64,000 bases of DNA from positions 1-64,000 of the forward strand of contig JAAPAO010000135.1 of NCBI GenBank assembly GCA_013115145.1, written 5' to 3'. The notes below the pieces were generated by a model that was not told where the DNA came from, did not search any database, and saw nothing but the letters and a program-made list of their open reading frames with translations. The position numbers and the translations under genes are program-made. Below, one piece after another: positions 15,521 through 27,225 of this stretch (position 1 is its first letter; every line of letters begins with the position of its first letter). This DNA is from Perkinsus chesapeaki ATCC PRA-425 (taxonomy: Eukaryota; Protista; Perkinsozoa).

Positions 15521-18500
15521 GTGGGACAGCTCTCCAGTTGTATCATTAGTCTGACCTTCAATACGAATACCTTTGCTCAAGCTACACTATCGTATCGTAC
15601 CCCCGAATACATCCATAAAATTGTTGCCTTTTTAGACTCTCCTAACACACAGCTGTCATTGAATAATGTTGATGGCCTTTTGGTCAGATTCATCATTATT
15701 GCTGTTACGGCGGGCATTCTTATCTGCTCCTTATGTGAGAATCTGGTCAAGGTTCTTCCGCCGACAGTGGCAGTGTTCAAACTAGGAATGGTAGGATTCT
15801 CTGAAGTGCGAAATCGATCATGTGATCGATTTTCAGTTATTGGCTGTTTTGATACATCATTTCCCTCTCCACAGATGGGGCGTCATAGGCGAGAGCATCG
15901 AGAGGTAAGTCTACAAGTAATTTCGTGGCGAGTGACGTTTCAGTTGGTTGATCGTGGATCCACATCTCATCTGCTTTGTATTCATCCCTATGCTCATGTT
16001 TGGCGACGTACTCGCCTTGGATGCCAACTTGGTTAGAGGAGGCCTGCTGCAGTGAGCTCGGTTGTGAATATTTCTAATACCAAGATTTGCCACAAAATTT
16101 TCTCTTACTGGAGAATACAGGAGCAACCAGATTCCTTCGGTTTGATGGTCTTCTATGACTCCCTAACCTCGCTTGATGTTTTTACATGTTTTTATTCAAC
16201 CTGCTTCATGACCATTCTACCCGAGGGTTCTAGGAATCTGGGGGTGGTCTCCTGAGACCTTCGGGCGCAGGTGTTGGAATAAAGTCGATATAGGGATGCA
16301 AAGATTGGTATAGAATAGCATTTCAGAACTGTGATTTAATCAGTTCTTTTTTTCATTGGTAAGGTGCACGTAGGTGATCCGGCCCAAAGAATATGTTTTT
16401 AAAACGGCTCTTGTCAGCAAACCGAAACGTTAATTTTACTAGGACGCTCAGGCTTAGTCTGACTGCTCCTAGCATTTCTGATTTTTTCGGGAATTCAAAG
16501 CTTGAATTCAAGGACGGTTTAAAATTATAAACCAATCCAAAAATACACATTTTTGGTAACCCTGGTGTATGTGTGAGTTTAACATAAATTATATCAGCAC
16601 CGGCAATAGGTCAGAGAGGCACATGATTTATATTATCAAGAATCATCACTCTGAAAGCCCTTCGTTCTCAGAGCGGTTCTTATGTCGACTGTTGGTTTCT
16701 TAATATCGGCGTTCATGTCATCATTGCCGACAAGGTGGGTCCGAAAACTCATATGAAGACCGTGTTGGCATTTTCACAAAAGATAGAACAGCGCAGTGTG
16801 AACAGGTTTCCACATGGCTAACTGGAAGCATCCCCCTGTTGTTTAAAACAACAGTTAAAGCAACTAATTTTGAGCACGTAAAGAATCATTTAAAATAGTC
16901 GAGATGCATCATTCCATTTCAAGAACTCATTGTGCCCTGGATGATCACGAAGAACAGGAACATTAAGTGGAGATGCTTTCCGAATGAGTGAACTGTCATC
17001 CTGATCTGTCGGATATGCCTTCATACGTTCAACCCGAAATTGCAACCGAAGAACACTTTGTGAGAAATACGAAAGCCAATTAAGGAAGTGACTCCACATT
17101 GATAGACTATCTCCATAAGCTTCTAAATTGGCCCAGTATCTATTCAAGCTGCTCCCTGATCATCTTACTCAATACCCGGTATTATTATAGATTCCTCCCA
17201 TCAACTCGTGACTGGCCAATTGCTCTCGGTATCTGTTTTGGTGCGATAGTGTCGGGTACCGAGCCGACAGCAGCTATTTGGATACTAAGGGCCCTCGGAT
17301 GTGAGCTCCCCTTCAAGTTGCTCGATATTCTGACAGATGGGCAAAGATTCGTAGCCAACGAATCCTGGTTAACGGTGAACTACAATAGCAAAATACTAGT
17401 TCGCATTCTTAGCAAGCTCTGTCTGTCATTTGAAGCTGTCGCTTCCTGCGAGTCATGGTCCTCCTCCTCCCACTGTACTGACTGCTACACTACATCTTGG
17501 AAACGCACCACGTAGAAAAATCAAATCAGACCTCGTAAGATCCTCATTCAGTTAGTCCGTGCTCTCGACCGTTAAAATACAAAGTGGCACACAACTAATG
17601 TTTTAGCATTTCGACATCACTAGCCCAGGCCCTGGACTCCAGGGATTTGCCATGTTCACTGTGCTACCTCAGCCACACAAAGGTTGAAGACCTTCATCGA
17701 GACCGAAAGCCTTCTTGGTGACGGCATGCTCATCGTGTTATATTCAGTCGCTAAGACAGAGCTGGATAATCAAGTGTCACCGTATGGAGCTCGTAAGAAT
17801 CATTCACGCTACTCGTTGAGGGATATCTTTTTCCGTATGGAATTAACGGAACACATTCCCACTGATGGAGTTTTCAAATTTCTAATTTTTCTACAATCCT
17901 GTCTTGAGCAGGTATTCTACATGGGTCTACGTAATGCTCCAGCTCCCGGCTTTAGTTTTAGTCTTGTTTCAGTCGACATCGCTGTTTATGTCGTTCGTGC
18001 TGTACTCGGGTCAGTATCATTGGGGATGCTCATCGGCATGCATGGCCTAACTGCACTGGCCAAGATTAGTAACAGGTCAGTGATAACAAACCAGGAAATA
18101 TGGAATATAGTCGTGTGGAAAATATGCGTGCTTTGATGATTATTACGTGTAGCGATCGAACCTTCACTCGTTTTCCGAAGCTCCATTGCAAAGCGCTTCA
18201 CCGACATGTCCGGGCACATTCAGAAATAATTTATGAGCATCTGTCAGATTCGGGCAATACGACCTCACTCTCCAAACGACCATTTCGCTGGTGATCGCCT
18301 ACGCCGCATTTTTCATCGCGGAAGTGTTCTTTGGTATGTCTGGCGTAATTACGACCTTCACAGCTGGGATGATGCTATCCTGGAGGTGAGATAGTCGCCG
18401 ATCAATTCTCGCGCGCCATTTAATTATCAGGATGAGACCGTTACTGATAAGCAGCGATTCTATAGATTGGTTTTGGTCTGTTATGGAGTTCGTATCAAAT

Positions 18501-21500
18501 GCCGTGGTGTTCTTCCTCGGTGGTGTGCTCTTTGGTGGGGCGTGCTATCGTGTTGAACCTATCGAGTTTGTCTGGTAAGCCGACTTTGGGGTATTTCGAG
18601 ACAGAAACATCTAAAAACGAAAAGTGTCATTCGGCAATAGTGTGTTCAATTGAGACGTTTCTTCATTGAGATCACACTGTACTACTCTTAAAAGCTTTGT
18701 CAGCTTTGAGCGCTTACTGTACGTAGTTGGAGTGTGAAGAATTATAATTTACGGTCAACGCTTTTTATCAATATCTGTATACTAAAGGATGTATCTAGGA
18801 GTATGAGGAAATGAATATCTTCTTTCGGTTTCTGCCATTGTGTGGTTTACCATACAAAACCTAGTTTATCGCTCCAAATGCTGAACCCTTAGATCCAAAT
18901 GCTCAACACTTGAAGTCGAACTTTTTGTAAGCACGCCGGGAATTATCTCCACATGAAATCATCTTCTGGTCTCCCCGAACTTAAAAATATGATGCTTTTA
19001 TTTCTCAGGCTTTTTCTATTATATATCGCTACAACGGCCTCGAGAGGCATTATGGTGTTCATCCTTTCACCGTTGATAAACACTGTTGGTGAAAAGTAAA
19101 AGTGCCCTCTCTGGGAATCGTACCGCGGACCTTTCCGTTGGTAGATTTTCCTGGCAGGAGCTCGCCCTGTCGGCCTGGAGTGGAGGGCTCAGAGGTGGAG
19201 CTCTTTATTATTTATCCTATTTCGTTCGATGACGCATCAGGTGGCGTTTCGATGGCGTTGGCAGTTTCCCTTTCACGGTCAAACTTCCTGGACGAGGCCC
19301 AAGCCACACAGGTATTTTTCTATTACGGAGGTGGGTGAATTTTTCCGAAGCCGTGAGTAAGTTACCCTCGTTTAATCGCTTCAGGTCTGGCGTGGATGAG
19401 TCTCATCATAAATGCGATGACATGCGGCCCTTTAGTAGACTTTCTTGGACTTTCCCAGCCGCGAGTAAAAAGCCATAGTGGGGAAACTATTCACCAACTC
19501 GGAATATTTTCCCCCGCTTATAATCGTTGAAAATTTCTCTCAGTTCTCTGTACTGATTAAAATGGAAGCTGTTCGTGCATTACTTCGAAGAACAGTCTAT
19601 AGCTTCGGTCCAACAGGTGAGGCAAATCGATCGTCAGGGCGTGCGCTTTTTCAAATCGCGAGCAAGGTCCTGTAGAGGAGCTCTGTCCGAATACCTGGAG
19701 GTATCTTCACGCGCAACCTGAGGTGGCAATGAACTCGGTATTGCAGCACAGGTCGAGTGCTACTGGTGGGGCGCTTTATCATCATTCATCCAAGAAGAAG
19801 GGAGCTCTTAATCGTACGCTGAAGTTGAGCGATTTCGTATCTTGCACGCTTAACCTTTAGATGCTTCTACCAACCACAAATTTCGAAGGTCTTTGGCAGC
19901 TCTCAAAACCCGTCAAGGCTTGGCAGCCATTGCGGATGCTCCGAACTCTGAATTGTTGGAGTCACAGAGGGAAACCTATCTCAATGTTTTGGGTAAATTA
20001 CGTTAGAAATGCCTCACCTGGGGTTCGAACTTGCGTCTGTATACTCCAGGTCTTCGTAAAAACCCCGTAGGCAAGGATACTGCTAAAACCGTCTTTGGAT
20101 GAAAGCCATTCCGTGAACTCGTCTGAAGTTCAATTGGCAAATTTTAAGGTTTCAGTTGGCACTGTCGGGTACCGCTGTATATATTCCTTTACAATCGGGT
20201 CCGCCCTGCCTTGTTTTTACGAAACATTTGCGATGAGGTGACCAATGCACCTACAATAGGCTATAATAGAGGATAATAGGACCCGCCAAGTTGGTGTATT
20301 ATCGTCCAGTCTCCGTAATTTTCCCGTTTTGATGGTTCACTTGGAATGTTTTATGTCCGTGGTGATTCGGGATGCATATATTTGAAAAATGCTCCCTGGG
20401 GAATTTGAACCTGCGTACCTGTTTTAGCTGGCTTTTACAGTAAAGCATTGAAGATAGAAGTTATACCAAATCAACCAGAGATTGCTGGACTTTTGTTGAG
20501 GACGGTAGAGCATGCCAAAGTTAAGGTAAACTGCTTGTTTTAGGATTCATGACTCGTTTAAATGACATCGTGGCTTCACCTCTCTCTATCGTACATGGTA
20601 GAACGGCATTTAGGGTCTCTAAGCTCCGGCGGCAATGCTGTTATTGTCATTATATAGGAAAGTATCTCCCTGGAGGTATACTAGAAAGTCTGACAGAAAG
20701 TGTGTCACTAGTGCAGAGTAGGAGGACGAGATAGTTCATAATATATGTTATTAATAAAAGAAGTATATCCTTTTCGGGCCTTTTAACCTTTGAATCTCTC
20801 ATATAGTTGTTCACCTACCCATAACTAGTTTCAAGTGCATTCCTACTCTTCAATGGCATGTGTGGCAGATATCAGTTGGCGTTCGGGATTGGAAGGCTGT
20901 ACATGACTTATTAAGACGAGGCAAAGATAGACATACACAGATGAGGAATGCTATGGTACGAGAATCTATCTCACACGCGTGCATCTGACGTCAGATCGTG
21001 CACCTTTTCCTAGATTGCAGCCGAAAGACTATAGAAGTAAGTCTGAGACTTTCTTGCGCGCCAGCAAATCTTTAGGCAGTGACAGAGCTGATGTGCCCGA
21101 ATTTCGAGGCGAGTGACGCTAGGACCGGGTATCAGCAACATCAGCAAAACAGCGATATCTTGGAGGAGCTTGACAAGATATTTGCCAATATGAAAGTGAG
21201 TGACATTAAATGGTTATCCTCCTCATCTTTGTTGTTTATCCTTTAGCCTGTCTGGTATGCTGTTAAAAGAGAAGTTGAAGGGCATCTGAAGGAGGCTGAG
21301 GAAATACTTGGTCAAATGCCAGCAAGAATTGTCCAACTCTCCCACAGGTTAGTTTAGTGCTATTAAATTTGCCATTCAATCCTCGCTGCAGCGCCTGTCA
21401 ATTCTATCGCTAACCACGCGACTACCAGTTGAGATAATTATGAAGCTCTGGTGAGGGAGACTGAGATATTCCAGCGTTCTGCTCGCACTTGCTTTTCCTT

Positions 21501-22106
21501 CATTTTGGAACTCAACCCCCCTGCAAAATTATAGAAAAATAATTGGTAATAAATTTGTTATTATGAAAATAAATCATACCAAATTATAGTAATATCATGA
21601 CTCATGCTAAGTCGCTCAGTGCAACTGAGGAGCTGCGCTGTCCACCGTAACTTCAAGGATGGGAGTTGTCGGATTATCTTTCTGATTCCGCCTCCATCAA
21701 CGATCCGTCGGCCCTCGCATCTCGCTGGTTGTTTTCAGCGGCTTTCCTCGAATATATCGAGGAGATTTTATATGGTATACTATCCGCCATAACAATACAG
21801 TCGTATTATATTTGGTATAGTCTTACTGTTTCGGACCAGCAGGAGCTAAAGCCCTGTGTTTCCACCTGATTAGATACCAGAAGGTTGGTGAGGTCACACA
21901 ACAACTTCAAGGGGAATTATTTGACTTGGTGGATTCAGGATTGCTTAATCAAACAGGTTAGGCAACTTTGAGTGCTCATTACCGACCGAGTTGTGTCGCT
22001 GTCTCCCTCAGAAGCCCAAGCTGTTCTAGAGCATATCGACTCTGATGTCCGCCGACTTCAACACAATATAGAGTTCCCGGGAAGCGTCCCGGATTTGCTA
22101 GAGTAG
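15521..22106 (+). CDS. CPA1-family Na+/H+ antiporter, SOS1/NhaP-like, with C-terminal cytosolic domain
   Basis: Spliced segments match the SOS1 order: LPPTVAVFKLGM-LLAVLI, WLIVDPHLICFVFIPMLMFG, GAIVSGTEPTAA, IETESLLGDG, AYAAFFIAEVFFGMSGVI, FWSVMEFVSNAVVFFLGG, WSGGLRGGVSMALA, SLIINAMT, and C-terminal LVDSGLLNQT-EAQAVLEHIDSDVRRL* (stop 22104-22106). The start is not determined. Confidence 0.9.
20005..20034 (-). pseudogene. tRNA 3'-end-like remnant, antisense in a 57-nt antiporter intron (19993-20049)
   Basis: Minus strand GCAAG-TTCGAAC-CCCAG-GTGAGGC-A-TTTCT. T-stem pairing is mostly lost. Confidence 0.55.
20385..20414 (-). pseudogene. tRNA 3'-end-like remnant, antisense in an antiporter intron
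   Basis: Minus strand GCAGG-TTCAAAT-TCCCC-AGGGAGC-A-TTTTT. Confidence 0.6.
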
Positions 22107-22328
22107 GAACTGATGTTTCACTGCGCCATAAAATTAAACTCAGACGGAAGAACGACTTCTCGCTTGATGAGAAGGATTCCGGAAGTGACTGATGATTATT
22201 CAATTTCCATGACGTGACAACATTGAACACTAGATGGTGTTTCCCATCTGTCGACTTGTGTTTGGGACTTCTGTACTATAATATTAGCGAGTAACACCGG
22301 TACCCAATTCCTGCTAGAATGGCGCGGA

Positions 22329-23180
22329 ATGTTGATAGGCATCGACGCTCAGCCCGCTCCGGAAAATCTTTTTCCTCTACGAGTTTCTACCGTTTTATAC
22401 AGTTCAATGACTGAGTCATCATCACATCTACGTTTCTGTTGTTTTCCACCAAGTAACCGTCCGCCAGTTCCCGAGAGTAGCTCTAACGGATCTAGAGTCA
22501 TCTGGCACGGTGGGCTACCATATACAATTGAAGATGGTTGTGAACATGATAACTACTCCTATGTCGAGACCGATGTCGAGCTCACACCTGAGGTAAATGT
22601 CAAAGTTATGGAGCAACCAAGTCGACCATCAATAGCAGCTGTATTGTGGCCAAGTGGACGGTTGCTTGCTCGAGCGATTGTCGAGCGTCTAGTGGTTCTG
22701 CCTTCAAAGGGAAGAGTGATTGAGATTGGTGCAGGGGTGGGGTTACCGAGTTTGGCAGCTGCCAAGACTTATCCGGAGCTGGATGTCACTGTGACTGATA
22801 GACCAGAAGTACTTGGTTTAATCTCAGCTAATATCAAAGCCAACAATTTGCAAGAACATGCCAGTGCGGAAGGGTTCGACTGGTCTAGTAAAGTTCATCA
22901 TGACAAAATACGTGCCCAGCACTGGGACGTGGTGCTTGCGGCTGATGTTGTCTACTTCGAAGAGCAGGATCCACTTCTGTATGCTCTTTCTGCTGTTGCC
23001 GAAGATAGACCGGACACACTAGTGGTGTTGGCTTACAGGACTCGAACGCCGGAGGACCTCGAGTATCTTCAAGAAAGAGTTTTATCTGCATTCAATGTTG
23101 TTGATAGATTTACTATGGAAGAGCCCGGTAGCGGGCGTTCTGAGATACTATCATTGAGATGGGCTGGAGTGAGGAGTTGA
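22329..23180 (+). CDS. Class I SAM-dependent protein lysine methyltransferase, METTL21/Methyltransf_16-type
   Basis: Intronless ORF with VLWPSGRLLA, motif I VIEIGAGVGLPSL, post-I VTVTD, FDW and WDVVLAADVVY. The start may be a downstream Met. Confidence 0.93.
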   Translation: MLIGIDAQPAPENLFPLRVSTVLYSSMTESSSHLRFCCFPPSNRPPVPESSSNGSRVIWHGGLPYTIEDGCEHDNYSYVETDVELTPEVNVKVMEQPSRPSIAAVLWPSGRLLARAIVERLVVLPSKGRVIEIGAGVGLPSLAAAKTYPELDVTVTDRPEVLGLISANIKANNLQEHASAEGFDWSSKVHHDKIRAQHWDVVLAADVVYFEEQDPLLYALSAVAEDRPDTLVVLAYRTRTPEDLEYLQERVLSAFNVVDRFTMEEPGSGRSEILSLRWAGVRS

Positions 23181-24115
23181 TTCAGCGAGTAAAGTCTGTG
23201 TTGTGCACGTCAATGCGGTGTATAGTGATTCCGGATGGGTCAAAGTATGAACTCAACTGGATATTGGTCATAGTCAAAGGGCGCGTACTCAGTTGTTGCT
23301 CGACAGTAGTGGCGACGGTGCTCCGTTCCGTCCCAGATCCAGCGCCCACTAGTCTATGGCGAGCTTCGGCTAGCTACCTTGGCTAGCTATCGTGAGCTGT
23401 CTCCCTTCCCTCCGGGTGTTGGGACATTCTAGTCAGGGGCAGAAGCACTCGTGCGAGGGTCGCATAGCGGAAATGAAATAAATAGTTGATTATACTTACT
23501 ACGTTTAAACTTTCCACACTCATATAACTTGACGCTGAGCTAAGCTAGATTACAAAGTCAAAATACACAGAGTAATGCAGACAGCAAGTAACACAGAGCA
23601 TGTCTCATCATACAGTGTTACTTGTCTGGCTACCGATATAGAAACTTAAGATTCTCAGCTGACGGTTTGCCAGAGTGTTGCAACTTGCAAGTCCAAAAAC
23701 ACACCTGAGGAAATCTAGATTCCAAGAGACGGGCTCCATTTGTCTACATATTCAGGAGCAGTTCAGATCGGCGCTGGACATTTTTTGAATAGTCTGTAAT
23801 CATTGATTCGGTGCGTGTGTTCGCTTGTGACTGACAAGTTTCCAGTTGTGCTTGCCTATCCTCTGATTGTTCTTGGATTGCAATACAGTATATCCTAAAG
23901 TTCATATTCCTCATGAGTAGCAACGAGGTTGTGGAGGTTACCGAAAAAAGTAGATTGCGAAGAGTAGAGTGACTTGGTGTCTCGGTATGCTTTCCGCTCG
24001 CCCTCGGGCATGGAATTGGCTACAAACGAGACTGCGGGGCCTAAGAGGAGGGTTTATGAATATGACGTTGTAATGAGAAGGATTTTGCTGCCAGTGTATC
24101 TTGTCTTTGATGGCA

Positions 24116-25662
24116 ATGAATCAATCCCTCAAATCTCACAGACTCGTACACATCATTCTCATTATTGTGATCTATCACTGTGATGCTATAACTTCTGGAG
24201 AGACAAGTGGCGTTCTGGTTCAAGAAGGATCAACGGTGCCATTCTTTGCGTAATTGTTAAATCATCTATTCCTCTTCAGTCACCAAGGTATTCCAGGAGA
24301 GGATACTCGGTTTCGAATGGTAGCGATTTCTCGAAAGTAAGTGACCTCTTTCGATCATGCAGCTGGCAAAAAATATACAGTATTATTCAGATAACTACTG
24401 GCTACTACACACATGCGGATGATTCGATTACACTTGCAGACATACACAAGCTGGAATACTTTGATAGACGGTGAGCTGCAGGAGACTTGTATCGCTGCTG
24501 CATGTTGTTGATCCGGTAAATTAAATGAGACAGGTCTCCGATGAATATTACATCACAATACAGCCAAGTATCGTTGGTGAATGAAGATTTTCTACGAGAA
24601 CTCCCTTATCTATCACTTGTGCCTAACCATCATACTCGCGAGGAAGGCCCAAGTTTGGGAAGGTTGTCGATGAAGGCTGCCTTCTCGCGTTACCTGAAAG
24701 CAGTGCAACAGAGATACAGACAAGCGCATGGGTGTTCCTACGAGTTGTATGTTCGAAAATGGTTCAGCACTAGACACTGTCTAGTAGACAGCCTTTTGGG
24801 TCACACGAAGCGGTAAGAATTGAAAGTGTTAAGTTTATCATTTCAAGATTTAGATCATCTCTTCATTTTAGGATATCGGATGGTTCAGGATGAATTTGAC
24901 CATGACGGATGCTTCGGAAGGCTTTAAAATATCTTCAATAGAATTCACATCATTTTGGCCATATGCAAAGTGAGCAAAATTCGTTGGAAGAAGCTTTTTC
25001 GTGCAAAAGAACTCCACGACGTCAGCAAGAGCTCACGCAATTGACTGATTCGTGCCGACGAGTCATGGACGTTGATTTATGGGCGCAGCGATTGCTACTG
25101 ATCGGAAATAAATCTAGCCTGCTAGCCTATGAGTCATTGGGAATTCCTATCAGGAGTTTGCTCCGATATTGCTCTCGAGATTCGGAATGAGCTGTTGATG
25201 TGATTATACAATAGAAATGTTGAGAGTATATATATTTGGGTGATTAAGGAGTGTGTTCGAATATATTCATCTCTTCAATGGCATTTGATATTTCGGTATA
25301 GCTCCATCTTGCGATTATTCATCATTCTTAGTGTATCCTCCGACCCTAAGCCGAATATCGACTTCATGCGGAATCTCGAGTCTAAAAACCGGTATCGTGT
25401 TCGGCGAGAGTTGCTGGAATATCCTACCAATGAGCACTTGGATCGGGCATGTATGGTTTTCTTGGATGAAGACATTCGAACTATCAAAAGAGTTATGCAG
25501 GAAGCTCTCAGCACCACTCTCGAGTTTGTTCGCACGGACATTTCTCCTGTGACAAGGGTTGCTGAGGTCCATCGTTTAACTAGGACTTACCATCTTGCGA
25601 ACAGAGATGATCGAATCAGGGGCAGCGAAAGCCGAATAATTCCGTTCGGATATCAACGCTAA
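24116..25662 (+). CDS. Secreted orphan protein, family A copy 2 (multi-exon)
   Basis: MNQSLKSHRLVHIILIIVIYHCDA/ITSG signal peptide. Same intron positions and motifs as 11851-13238. Confidence 0.6.
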
Positions 25663-26436
25663 CTTCCCGTCTCTTCCGTCCATTTATCAATATCGTGATG
25701 TATCAGCTGCGTATGGATGTTACCTTCATCTGAACCTCGTGCATCTTGTGTTCATGTGGGACATCGCCCCGGGGGCAGTTCCGGTAGCTGCCTAGGGTGA
25801 GGCAGACGATTCTCGGTGCGCCGCCAAATTGAAACCCCGCCAAAAATGACGATGACATGGTAACGGTTACATTATAACGAGTCTGATTATAGTATAATTA
25901 TGAGTCTGACTGTCAGGTGCATTTGAATAAGCGACTTAAATCAATTATTTCCTCCAGACTCGATTGTAATGATTTATCTTGATTTATCTATCGTCAAAAA
26001 TGGTGGTTTGAAGGTCGAGAAGCTCTACCGGAAACAGTGATCTAAAAGCGAGATGGGTGTTGGACCAACACTATTGGTTTTGGTCATAAACGACTTGTCT
26101 ATGAGTTCATCTCATTAAGATGCCGCACTGGAGGCCCCATCAGTGCTCCAGTCTGTAGCAGCCTTGTGTTTGAACTTCAAATTTTGAAGATTACCACTCG
26201 GAACTGAGATATCTAGTGACCAAACCCTGATCACTTAGTAAGTGACAAGTTGTTTTCATCTTTCGTCGACATTGTCGACTCGACACCAACAGTTAAGTAG
26301 GGCACCAAAAGACCGCCTCACCGGAACCCAGTGTGAGTCAGGAGTCTTCAGCGTTCCACCTTCTCTCACTCCCAAGTTGGGAGTCTCAACTGTCAACATG
26401 GAATTAATAATTCCGGATTGTCCATATGACATATAA

Positions 26437-26775
26437 CTACTGAAATAACGTCTTATTCATAAACCCATGAGAATGCTCTTTTTCACGACAGAAGAGCCTG
26501 CCGCTATGATTCCTCATATTGTTATTCTTCACAGCCTTTCCCAGCCAATAATCAAACACCTCATCGAACCAGGTTCGATCGTCGTCCAAGACACTAGCTA
26601 AGAGAGTATTAACTAAATACTTAATATCTCTACTATGTTGGGAATATGAAAGACAAGAAGTGACCCAGTTCAGTGGCTGTCCTTGAGAATAAACAACATA
26701 GCGTAGACATGATGCATAGCAATGAAACATCGGGTATATAATGGGCAACGTATTCCAGCCATTAGCTTCACACAT
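26437..26775 (-). CDS. Orphan ORF or exon, unresolved
   Basis: 112-codon ORF including DIKYLVNTLLASVLDDDRTWFDEVFDYWLGKAVK. No family recognised. Confidence 0.25.
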   Translation of the reverse strand: MCEANGWNTLPIIYPMFHCYASCLRYVVYSQGQPLNWVTSCLSYSQHSRDIKYLVNTLLASVLDDDRTWFDEVFDYWLGKAVKNNNMRNHSGRLFCREKEHSHGFMNKTLFQ

Positions 26776-27225
26776 TAATAAACAAGAATAAATGGAGGGA
26801 TTTGGGGTCGCTCACAGGGTCACTCAAATACTAGAATATGAACTGTAGCCCGGCTATTAGCCGTCGTCACAACTCTGGTGGCAGCTTCTTGCTTCCGGAC
26901 CACGGCGGTGTAGGGACATGATGTCCAGTCACGGGTGGCGAATTTGTACGAAGTAGTGGGAAAAAGTCCCAGACTTCATTCTTTCGATAGTTTATAGAGT
27001 TGAACACGGAGATTCAGAATATATCATTGAATTCGTCTAGTTCAATGCGTACGCTAAATTACAGCTAAATCTGTTTTCTTGCATTTCGTGCAACGCGCTA
27101 GCGTGCCGAATCAGCCCTTCGTGACGTGCAGAGTCACTCGCCCACCTCTTGTTACTCTCTAGACTCAAAAGCTATATTATTCATATATCACTAGCAAAAA
27201 CTCTGGAGAAAGGAATAATCTATTT

